Shown piece after piece: positions 42,288-50,674 of a stretch of 64,000 bases of DNA. The first letter of the stretch is position 1. Each line of letters opens with the position of its first letter. The notes under the pieces were generated by a model. That model was given only the letters and a program-made list of their open reading frames with translations. It was not told where the DNA came from and did not search any database. Made by a program: the position numbers and the translations under genes. The stretch covers positions 2,112,001 through 2,176,000 of the forward strand of contig CAVZJV010000014.1 of NCBI GenBank assembly GCA_963775685.1. The letters run 5' to 3'. This DNA comes from Candidatus Bathyarchaeota archaeon (GTDB taxonomy: Archaea > Thermoproteota > Bathyarchaeia > Bathyarchaeales > Bathycorpusculaceae).

Positions 42288-42515
42288 TCATGGCTTAAAG
42301 ATAATGCAAACGCCCATTTCATTGTTTATGCGAAACTTTAGGCCTTTTTTGGCGATGAAATTTTGCAAAGGCGGTCTGCATTCATCCTTTATTGCCAGTT
42401 CAAACTTGCCCTTGTTTTCTCTGACAAAAATGGCTGTTGGCTGCGCTAAGTCATTAGCGATAATCTCTTTTAGCAGCGCCACTGTCTGCTCTCTTTGCAA
42501 GTGTACGTTCCCCAA
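42288..42515 (-). CDS. Small hypothetical protein
   Basis: 75-aa alpha/beta ORF ending 27 bp before R3; AAGGA upstream. Confidence 0.6.
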   Translation of the reverse strand: MGNVHLQREQTVALLKEIIANDLAQPTAIFVRENKGKFELAIKDECRPPLQNFIAKKGLKFRINNEMGVCIIFKP

Positions 42516-42684
42516 GTCCTTTAGTTGTTGACTTTGTATATAACGATTTGGCGAATTTCAATGTACATTGTATCGATTTTAGCCAGAGATTTTTCCGGAA
42601 ATTTTCGGACGCGCCCACACATAGGATCCTAGCCTTTGGACGGATTTAACATTTCTACCCAAGTGGATTTTCAGTGGACGGGTT

Positions 42685-42885
42685 TTAGATTTTTCTTACA
42701 GTGGCTACGCGTCCGGTTGGCGTGTCGGTCATTTGCCATTCGAGCGTATCGCCTGGTTGTAAATTCAAAAATTCAGCTATTCCCTCGGGTATTGTTGCCC
42801 TCAAGCTTTTCGATTTTGGCCTGGCTATTGATGTTTTCGATTGAAGAGGCATGTGGCTTTTTCTCCGTTTACTTCTATGTTCCAT
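42685..42885 (-). CDS. AbrB/MazE/SpoVT-family DNA-binding protein
   Basis: SLRATIPEGIAEFLNLQPGDTLEW. Confidence 0.85.
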   Translation of the reverse strand: MEHRSKRRKSHMPLQSKTSIARPKSKSLRATIPEGIAEFLNLQPGDTLEWQMTDTPTGRVATVRKI

Positions 42886-42964
42886 AGATTATTTATTTCT
42901 ACCTATTTATTGGCAGATAAGTTTATATGTGTTTTTGACCATGCTTTATTGTAGGTAGATATGT

Positions 42965-43244
42965 ATGGCAACACAAGTCTTAACTCGAAAACAAATGGGC
43001 GACATGATTGCCCTGGAAGACATCGTTGAATTGAATCCTCAAACCTATTTCGTCAAGTCCCAGAGTTCGAGAGGTGGCTACTCTGTGACAAGGTTCGGGC
43101 AAAGTTGGACGTGCGATTGTCCCCGACTACCGGTACCGGGGAATCAAATGCAAGCGCATCCACGCTGTTGAAGCTCAAATTTCGCAGGTTTCCTCTAAAC
43201 AGGCATGGCCGTTTCCGATAGGGTTATGGGAGGCGACGCGATGA
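42965..43244 (+). pseudogene. SWIM zinc-finger protein with a +1 frameshift (CCCC at 43121-43124)
   Basis: YFVKSQS..YSV..WTCDCP then, minus one C, DYRYRGIKCKRIHAVE; SWIM His replaced by Arg; stop overlaps next ATG. Confidence 0.75.
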
Positions 43245-43456
43245 TCGAGAGCTGTCCCGACTGCGGATCGAAACATCTTAAGACTTTAGGAATAGAAAAG
43301 AGCGATCGGCTTGGCGACAACTGCACCGTTCTCGTTACAATGTGTAAGTGCAAAGACTGTGAGTGCGAGTTCCGCGAATTCATGGTCACCCACTGGCACC
43401 TCGCAATCACCAAGCACGACCGAATAGAGAGGCTGTTCATGGAGGCGCAACCTTGA
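43241..43456 (+). CDS. Small zinc-ribbon protein
   Basis: CPDCGS...CKCKDCECEF; GGAGG SD; ATGA coupling. Confidence 0.75.
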   Translation: MIESCPDCGSKHLKTLGIEKSDRLGDNCTVLVTMCKCKDCECEFREFMVTHWHLAITKHDRIERLFMEAQP

Positions 43457-43659
43457 CGTGCCCTGAGTGCCGCGAGATGAACTCCAAGGTTCTCGGATTC
43501 ACAGAATCAAGCAACCTACGAATTGCCCAATTCAAATGTAAGAGTTGTGGATGCGTCTATTCCGTCAAAACTCAAACGGAAATCAATGTCTTGGAACATG
43601 GCAAACGGGCTTGGATGATGGAAGTCTATCAAAAAAAAGAGGAGCGTCAAGCCCTATGA
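43453..43659 (+). CDS. Small zinc-ribbon protein (similar to the preceding one)
   Basis: TTG start after GGAGG; CPEC...FKCKSCGCVY. Confidence 0.7.
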   Translation: MTCPECREMNSKVLGFTESSNLRIAQFKCKSCGCVYSVKTQTEINVLEHGKRAWMMEVYQKKEERQAL

Positions 43660-43701
43660 AATCTCCTATAATAGGCTTGAACACATTTGCCGTAAATCCT
43701 G

Positions 43702-44295
43702 CTATGCTTTCCCCGCTTTGTCTTTAGGAGCTGAAGGAGCAACAATTATCTGGCCTTTTAGGACATCAAACGTAATGCTGTGGTCTTTTAAGAAATTAGA
43801 AACCGAGGCCTTGATATTCTTAAAATATCGATCCCATGTAGCTTTGTATCTATCAAGTTTTGCATTGATCATGGCGTCTCTAACTTCACCTTGCAGATAA
43901 AGGTTAATTGTCTCAGTTATGCAAGTGCTAGCTTTGGTTAAATCGTTTAGAAGATCAGAATTGTCAATTCTTGCAAAGGCAACATCTGTTTTGTCTTCGG
44001 GATTCGTAGAAAATAGAGATTTAGCCGAAATTATAACCGCAGGGCTACCTTTTATTTTGAAGGTTTTTATCACTTGCTTGTATTCTTCAGCCGCTAAACT
44101 CCATGCTCCAACGAAAATTGTCTTGCCGGCATCTTTTCCGTAATCCAATAACGCCTTTTTCAACTCCTCATATTTTATCATTCCTGGAATGTAGAAAACG
44201 TACACATCGCAGTCTTCCGGAATTTCAGAGGATAGTTTCAGGTCAGGAACGCTAATTTTCATTATTGTTTGAGGTTTAAAAAGTAGTTCAGGCAT
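43702..44295 (-). CDS. Hypothetical protein, possible thioredoxin-like fold without CxxC
   Basis: VYVFYIP..helix..FKIKGSPAVIIS pattern; starts 62 bp from R4. Confidence 0.65.
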   Translation of the reverse strand: MPELLFKPQTIMKISVPDLKLSSEIPEDCDVYVFYIPGMIKYEELKKALLDYGKDAGKTIFVGAWSLAAEEYKQVIKTFKIKGSPAVIISAKSLFSTNPEDKTDVAFARIDNSDLLNDLTKASTCITETINLYLQGEVRDAMINAKLDRYKATWDRYFKNIKASVSNFLKDHSITFDVLKGQIIVAPSAPKDKAGKA

Positions 44296-44357
44296 TTCAA
44301 CCGCCGGTTTTGGATATGATGTTTTCTTAATTTAAGCCTTTGCAGACCTTAAATTAT

Positions 44358-44492
44358 AAGGTCTTCCAAAAATTTACCCCCATAGAGGGAAGAAGGTCTT
44401 TCCGGTTTAAGCTAATGCTCAGAACACAAAAATATAAAAAAATATAATATTGAATGAACCTGCTCTATACCCCTCCGTCGGTGGAAGGCCTT
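44358..44492. repeat. Cassette-delimiting repeat R4 (135 bp)
   Basis: AAGGTCTTCC-N13-CATAGAG..AAGGTCTTTCC...TAATGCTCAGAACA...CTCTATA-N13-GGAAGGCCTT. Confidence 0.9.
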
Positions 44493-44928
44493 ATTTGGTG
44501 AAGCTGTCGGGTTGAGCGTCTTCTTCAAGCAAGCTTGTATACAAGCGAAATTTTTCATCGTAAATGTCGGCCAAATGCGCATCATCCCAGATTTTTGATC
44601 GGCTCCTGACGGCTGCGTGCCAAAACTTCTGCTCTTCTTCATATCCGGCAACGTAAACTTCAAGAAAATAGAAGACTTCGCATTCTTGATTCTCTATCTT
44701 AGGAATGAAGGCATAAGTGACAATGCCTTGTTCGTTGTCCGAAGTAAATTTCATCGCGTTTTGGATGCTGGCAGACATTGTTTTTAGCGTTTCTTTGATT
44801 GCTGTTTTATGGCTTTTGGGAATCTTGTTTTTCTTGTTCCAGAGGATTTCGCAGTCTAAAGACAGAGAACTCTTCCATGTGGCATCTTGCACATTAGTGG
44901 TTCCTCGGGATATAAGGCCTTCCAACAA
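44491..44928 (-). CDS. Hypothetical cassette protein
   Basis: ORF fills the R4-R5 interval; TAA overlaps the R4 end; true start may be an internal GTG near 44893. Confidence 0.65.
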   Translation of the reverse strand: MLEGLISRGTTNVQDATWKSSLSLDCEILWNKKNKIPKSHKTAIKETLKTMSASIQNAMKFTSDNEQGIVTYAFIPKIENQECEVFYFLEVYVAGYEEEQKFWHAAVRSRSKIWDDAHLADIYDEKFRLYTSLLEEDAQPDSFTK

Positions 44929-44965
44929 TTGGGGGGGTATAGAGGGAAGAAGGTCTGTCTGGTTA
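44914..44965. repeat. Left-half repeat R5 (attI-like position upstream of the recombinase)
   Basis: AAGGCCTTCC-N14-TATAGAGGGAAGAAGGTCTG, then diverges; no central motif or right arm. Confidence 0.8.
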
Positions 44966-45073
44966 GCCTACGGCCTCTTTTTGAGCTTATTTTCTTGCCC
45001 ATTTCTTACCATAGGGACGACTTGTACAGTATTAATTCAGATTGCTTTGGGCTTTCCTTTGAGGTAATCCTGA

Positions 45074-46279
45074 ATGAGCTTTCTCGCCTGCCCAACCTGC
45101 AAATCATTGCGACTGTTCAAGAACGGCAAGCGCAAGCTTCGGACTGGCGAGAAGGTTCAAACTTACATATGCCGCGAGTGCGGGAAACGGTTTGCTGAAC
45201 CTCGGCCGCAACAGGTTTCTCCTGAGAGGTCAATAAATAGCCCAGGCGGTACATCGATAGATAGTCAAATATGCGCTTTAAAGGAAGCGAAAAATTTGGT
45301 CTTTGCACAAAAAACCAAGATTTGTGCGGGAGAAAAACAACCACATGAACCAGCAAAGTTATTGCCACCAGACGCAGTAAGCTTAATCACACAGTTGATG
45401 GCATGGCTTGAGAAAGAATGCTATGCCCACGAAAATAGCTACCCCGCCTTTCTACGTTCGCTTGTTAATCGCGGCGCCAACCTAAGGGACCCCGAAAACG
45501 TCAAAGAAATCATCGGGAAAATGAATTGCAAGAACGGCACCAAGATGCTGTATAGCTATGCCTACAAAGCCTTGGCAGATATGCTGAAAATACCTTTTGA
45601 GCGACCTAAGAACCTGAAACAAGACGACTTTGACCCTACATTCCTGATGAGTCTGAACTTGACGCAGTGATAAACGCAGCACTAAAAAAAAGAATGGCTA
45701 CCTACCTGCAAACACTCAAAGAAACTTTCGCTGACCCAGGAGAGGCTTTACGAATCAAATGGATTGACATCAATGAAAAAAATAGCACAGTCAAAATCAA
45801 CTACCCTATAAAAGAACACAATACGCGGACGCTCGAGGTCTCAAACAAGCTAATTGCCATGCTCAACGCTTTACCCAAGACATCCGAACTTATTTTTCCC
45901 ATAAAATACTCCAGTATGCTATATACTTACGTCCGCCTGCGTAAGCGTGTCGCTGAGTTGCAGCAAAACCCTCGTATTCCATCAGTCGAGCTTAAGGTCT
46001 TTCCGCCATTGGGGAGGCACAATGCTTGCTTGGAAGTCCAACGGCAATGTTTTGATAGTGAAAAATATGTTTGGACATAAGAACGTAAAAAACACGATGA
46101 GGTATATCGGAAAGATACATTTCAAGGATGACGACTTTGAAACAACAGCCGCAACTACTCTCGAGGAGGTCCTTGCATTAGGAAAAGCTGGTTGGATAAA
46201 GTATGATGAAATCACCGTCGGCGGCACAATTGTACACGTTTGCAAGAAACCCAAGAAGTTCCAAAGCGCTGCGGTCTAA
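45074..46279 (+). pseudogene. Tyrosine recombinase/integrase with N-terminal zinc ribbon; two compensating frameshifts
   Basis: CPTC..YICRECG; box I LKETFADPGEALRIKW; box II (R/K)SFRHWGG..FGHKNVKNTMRY; -1 near 45635 and +1 near 45995; repaired length 401 aa. Confidence 0.88.
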
Positions 46280-46401
46280 AAAAACCGCTCAGAATCTCGA
46301 TATATACTATTAAGGTCAAAATAGATATCATTAAGCTTTTATACGTATGTTGATGAGAGATGTTAAAAAGAAGATGAGCGCTTCCGAGAGGTAAAGACTA
46401 A

Positions 46402-49400
46402 ATGCCCTACATAAAAAAAATCGAGTTAAAAGGCTTTAAGTCTTTTGGACCCCAAACAGTAAAAGTTAATCTAGATAAGGGGTTCACGGCCATAACTGGT
46501 CCAAACGGAAGCGGCAAAACCAACATCATGGACGCACTCCTCTTCTCGTTGGGCGAATTGAGCACCAAAAGGCTCCGTGCCGAAAACTCGGCTAAACTGA
46601 TTTTTCATGGTTCCGAGAAAGCTGGGCAAGAAAAAGCAAAAATGGCAAAGGTAGTTGTCCAATTCGACAACACTGATGGCACCATGCCTGTTGATACGAC
46701 TACCGTAACGATTTCAAGAGAAGTATACCGCAACGGGCAAAGTATTTACCGCTTAAACGGGCGCAGAATGTCCCGCACACACATTACCGAAACCCTCTCC
46801 ATGGCTGCAATCAGTAGCATGAGCCAAAACATCATCCCCCAGGGCACAATCACGCGTTTAACCGACCTAACCTCTATGGAAAGGCGAAAAATCATTGAAG
46901 ATCTCATCGGCATAGCTCAGTACGACTCTGAAAAGACTGAGGCGGAAGAGAAACTTCGTGCTGCCGATATATCCATCCGTACCGCCATGGGCAGAATCGA
47001 CGAAGTTCAAAAACGCCTCGACGACCTTGAAAGGGAACGCAACCAACTCCTTCGCTACAATTTTATCCAAGCCGAAATCCGAAAATTTCAAGCCGTCAAA
47101 ATCTCAAACGACGTTGCCCAGCAAAACACAAAAATTAGCGAAAACACAGCCCAAGCCCTGAAGGTCAAAGAGAGAGTTGACAAGCTAAAAGAACAACGGG
47201 ACCTACGAAGGAGCAAACGTCATACAATTGAGGGTGACTGGAGAAAGCTCAGCGGTGAAGGCCTTGAACAAGGAGGCTCAGAAGTTCTCAAGGTCCAAAT
47301 AAAGATTGGGGAGCTAAAATCCAATTTAACTGAATTAACCACCAAGATTAGTTCGGGGCAGTCGAGCCTAGAAAGCTTCAGACGTGTTAGAGAAAACAAC
47401 CTAAACCAACACGACACGTTGCAGAAAGAAATAAGGGAAAACAGGCTTAGAATCCGCTCCTTCCGTACGGAGCTCGAAAAACTAAAGGATCAGTTGGCAG
47501 AAAAACAAGTAGCACATGAAGGGCTAGCAAAGGAAACTGCCCAGCTCTGGGAGGGACTAGACGGCAACAACCAGCAAATCCGCGCTCTAGATAACCAGAC
47601 CCAAGAGCACCTTAAGCGACTGGCATACTTGCGTTCTGAATACAAACAAGACAAAGCAGCCTTACGCCTCTGCGCTGGCAGACTCAAGAACCTGAGCGTA
47701 CGCAAAGAGAAATTCCAGTCAAGCCAAGTTGAAATCGAAAAATCCTTGTCTGAACTTGAGCAGGTGCAGCGTGACCAGAGAGCCCAATTCAAAAACCTTG
47801 AACATACAATCGAACGCAAAAAACTTCAAAAAGAAACTGTTCAAAAAGAAATTGCGGAAGCAGAAAAAATCGCTAGCTCCGCAAAAGACGCCGTAGTAGA
47901 ATTCGCGACACAAAGAGACCTTGCCGCAACCATCGCTGCCGAAGAAAAAGCCCTGCGAGGAATTGAAGAAATGGGCGATGTGGGCGCGATTTCGGGTATT
48001 CATGGTCGGCTTCGCAACTTGATAAAGCTCGATAAGAGCTTCAAGAAAGCCATCGAAGCAGCCGCCACAGGCTGGCTAGACGCACTGGTCGTAAAGGACG
48101 TCGACATTGCCTTCACCTGCACAGAAACACTGCGTCGCATGAAACTTGGAAGAATCAAAATCATTCCCCTCCAAGGCGCAATAACCATCAAAAACAAAGC
48201 ACCCCCCAAACGCGAAGGCGTCATGGGGCCCCTCTCTAGTTTCATGAAGTATGATGGCGAATTTGAACTAGCGGTTAATTATGTGTTCGGAGATACAATA
48301 GTTGTCTCAAACGACAAGACCGCTTTTGCCTTATCAAATGAAGGTTACCGCGCTGTCACTACAAGTGGCGACCTCTATGAGCCAGGCGCTTTTGAGGGAG
48401 GTTACTACCGTGCACCAATCGACTTCTCTACAATAATCCCCAGTGAAGGCGCACTAAAGAGCCTTGACGAAGCTGTAAAGGCGCTCCAGACCCACCTGAT
48501 CCAACGCGGCACGGACATTGTAAGCATCGAAGAAGAGCTTGAACACGCCAAGATTGAGATAACCCGGCTAGTTGACTCTATCGCCACCTTAGACAGGGAA
48601 ATCATTAGGGTAAAGAGGGGCGTTAAACGTACTCAGTTCAACATTCGCCACATCGACAAGTACGGCGGCAAACTTGAACGCGAAGCAGCCGCTTACAAAG
48701 GACGCATGGCTATGTTCCGCAACGAACGCAACTCCATTCAGGGAAGCCTCAAAAAAATCCACACTGAAATCGCAAGCTTGAGGTTGAAAACTGACCTAGC
48801 ACACATCCAGGAGATGGAGGTTCAGCGGGAAAAGCTCGGTGAAGAAGCCAACACTCTTCGGCAAAGGTTAGGGTCAGTGCAAACGGAAATATCTACTCAC
48901 CAATCCCAGTTTGACAGGGTTTTGCGGGTGAGTTACAAGAACACCAAGATAACGCTTTCAAGAATGGATCAGCAGCAAGGTAAACTTGCAAAAGAAGTGG
49001 CAGATGCACTGCTTGAACGCGACACAATCAAAAAAGAAGCCGAGGAGCTGGAGAAGAGTCGCGTGGAGCTTTCAAATGCTGTGCTCTCTGCGCGTGAGGA
49101 ATCCAAAAAATTCACCAGCCAAATCGATAGCATCGACGGGGAGTTGCGGCTTTTGGACACCGAGTACGAGCAGGCTGACAGGCTTCTAAATCAACTTAAC
49201 CTGGGTATAGAAACCACTCAGATGCGTCTTCAGCAGCTTCAAGGGCAACTTAAACAGTTCGGCTATGAGCAGCCCTTAGAAACTAGTCCTCGGCAGGTGC
49301 AGGAGGCAGAAACAACCATTCGCATGATGCAGTTTGAAATGGAACGCATCGGCGCCATAAACCAGCTGGCGGCCCAGCATTACTCTGACCAGATTTCACG

Positions 49401-49953
49401 TTACCGAGAACTGTCCGTGCGCCTAAACGAGTTGGAGCGGGAAAAACAAGCCATTGTGGCGTTTATGGATGAGATTGAAGCCAAAAAACGCAAGGTTTTT
49501 ATGAATGCGTTTGAAAAAATTAACATCAGCCTAAAAGTGTATTTTGCCAAGCTTACAGGCGGTGGAGAAGCAACCCTTAAGTTGGAAAACCCAGAAGAAC
49601 CCTTCTCCGGAGGTATAGACATGGTGGTGCAGTTCCCAAACAAACCCTCCATTGTTGTAAGCGGTGCAAGCGGCGGCGAACGTTCCGTTTCAGCCGTTAG
49701 CTTCATATTCTCCCTCAAAGAATTCTCTCCCGCATCCTTTTACATCCTAGACGAAGTTGATGCCCACTTAGATGCGTACCACACAACCAAACTTGCCGAG
49801 GTACTTTTGGAGGAAGCGGGAAAAATCCAGTTCATTGTAATCAGCCTACGCCCGGAAATGGTTAACAAAGCACAGAAAGTCTACGGCGTCTACGAACGCA
49901 ACGGCATCTCAAATGTGGTAACGGCAAAATTCCCGCAGGAGGCACCACACTAA
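46402..49953 (+). CDS. smc: Chromosome segregation protein SMC
   Basis: Walker A GPNGSGKT, coiled coils, hinge, SGGE signature, Walker B ILDEVDA. Confidence 0.97.
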   Translation: MPYIKKIELKGFKSFGPQTVKVNLDKGFTAITGPNGSGKTNIMDALLFSLGELSTKRLRAENSAKLIFHGSEKAGQEKAKMAKVVVQFDNTDGTMPVDTTTVTISREVYRNGQSIYRLNGRRMSRTHITETLSMAAISSMSQNIIPQGTITRLTDLTSMERRKIIEDLIGIAQYDSEKTEAEEKLRAADISIRTAMGRIDEVQKRLDDLERERNQLLRYNFIQAEIRKFQAVKISNDVAQQNTKISENTAQALKVKERVDKLKEQRDLRRSKRHTIEGDWRKLSGEGLEQGGSEVLKVQIKIGELKSNLTELTTKISSGQSSLESFRRVRENNLNQHDTLQKEIRENRLRIRSFRTELEKLKDQLAEKQVAHEGLAKETAQLWEGLDGNNQQIRALDNQTQEHLKRLAYLRSEYKQDKAALRLCAGRLKNLSVRKEKFQSSQVEIEKSLSELEQVQRDQRAQFKNLEHTIERKKLQKETVQKEIAEAEKIASSAKDAVVEFATQRDLAATIAAEEKALRGIEEMGDVGAISGIHGRLRNLIKLDKSFKKAIEAAATGWLDALVVKDVDIAFTCTETLRRMKLGRIKIIPLQGAITIKNKAPPKREGVMGPLSSFMKYDGEFELAVNYVFGDTIVVSNDKTAFALSNEGYRAVTTSGDLYEPGAFEGGYYRAPIDFSTIIPSEGALKSLDEAVKALQTHLIQRGTDIVSIEEELEHAKIEITRLVDSIATLDREIIRVKRGVKRTQFNIRHIDKYGGKLEREAAAYKGRMAMFRNERNSIQGSLKKIHTEIASLRLKTDLAHIQEMEVQREKLGEEANTLRQRLGSVQTEISTHQSQFDRVLRVSYKNTKITLSRMDQQQGKLAKEVADALLERDTIKKEAEELEKSRVELSNAVLSAREESKKFTSQIDSIDGELRLLDTEYEQADRLLNQLNLGIETTQMRLQQLQGQLKQFGYEQPLETSPRQVQEAETTIRMMQFEMERIGAINQLAAQHYSDQISRYRELSVRLNELEREKQAIVAFMDEIEAKKRKVFMNAFEKINISLKVYFAKLTGGGEATLKLENPEEPFSGGIDMVVQFPNKPSIVVSGASGGERSVSAVSFIFSLKEFSPASFYILDEVDAHLDAYHTTKLAEVLLEEAGKIQFIVISLRPEMVNKAQKVYGVYERNGISNVVTAKFPQEAPH

Positions 49954-49954
49954 C

Positions 49955-50674
49955 ATGGTATCAACCTCGGCAACCCCAATGAGACGACCCTTCTATTTGC
50001 GTCCACCCTGGAACATTCTGTTCGAAATCAGCAAACTCGAAAAACTAACCCCTTGGAACATCAACATAGCCTACCTGCTTAGGTCTTTTCTGTTAGAGAT
50101 GGAGAAATCAGCCCCGGACAAAGTTGATTTTCGCGCCTCAGGAGTTGCCTTAGATTCTTCCGCATTAATCTACCTCATGAAATCTAAACTTTTGCTTACG
50201 CTTCAGGAGCCGCCCACACCGCCAGCGAAGATTCCAACAGACTTTGTTCCGCCGCCCCTATTTTTGCCGTTGCGCCACGAGTTAACCTCCACAACCATCC
50301 AGAACTTGCTCGCAGTTTTAGACGACGTGTTAAAAGGCGAAAAACTGCTAGCCCTCAAACACGTAGTCGAGCAGCATCCGATTTTGCCAGCTATGACGGA
50401 TTTGCTTCCGAAATTTGACAAGTTTATTGCTGAACTCGAGTTTGAAGTCGACAAACTTTACGCTATACTCTGCGAGAAAGTTAATGGCCAAGGCATTATT
50501 GACTTCACAACCCTCTCCAAAGGCGCAACCCGCATCGAAGCCCTCAGAATGTTTATCTATTTGTTGTTCCTTGCGCAGGATGGTTTAGTTAGCCTTTGGC
50601 AGAATGAGGAAACAGAGGAACTCTACATAGCTGTGGGGAAACTAAATGTTGGAAAAGCCGAACCGAACTGTTGA
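49955..50674 (+). CDS. scpA: Segregation/condensation protein A (kleisin)
   Basis: PWNINI, DFRASG, FIYLLFLAQDG..LWQ; follows smc. Confidence 0.85.
   Translation: MVSTSATPMRRPFYLRPPWNILFEISKLEKLTPWNINIAYLLRSFLLEMEKSAPDKVDFRASGVALDSSALIYLMKSKLLLTLQEPPTPPAKIPTDFVPPPLFLPLRHELTSTTIQNLLAVLDDVLKGEKLLALKHVVEQHPILPAMTDLLPKFDKFIAELEFEVDKLYAILCEKVNGQGIIDFTTLSKGATRIEALRMFIYLLFLAQDGLVSLWQNEETEELYIAVGKLNVGKAEPNC

Noticed and set aside
40207-44492. Canonical attC sites or IS630-type MITEs with TA duplication
   Set aside because: No RYYYAAC/GTTRRRY cores; TA flanks only R4 and no consistent target duplication is seen; a MITE origin is not fully excluded
40207-44965. CRISPR array interpretation of the repeats
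   Set aside because: Units are ~135 bp, divergent, and separated by 0.4-2.1 kb of gene-containing DNA; no cas genes are present
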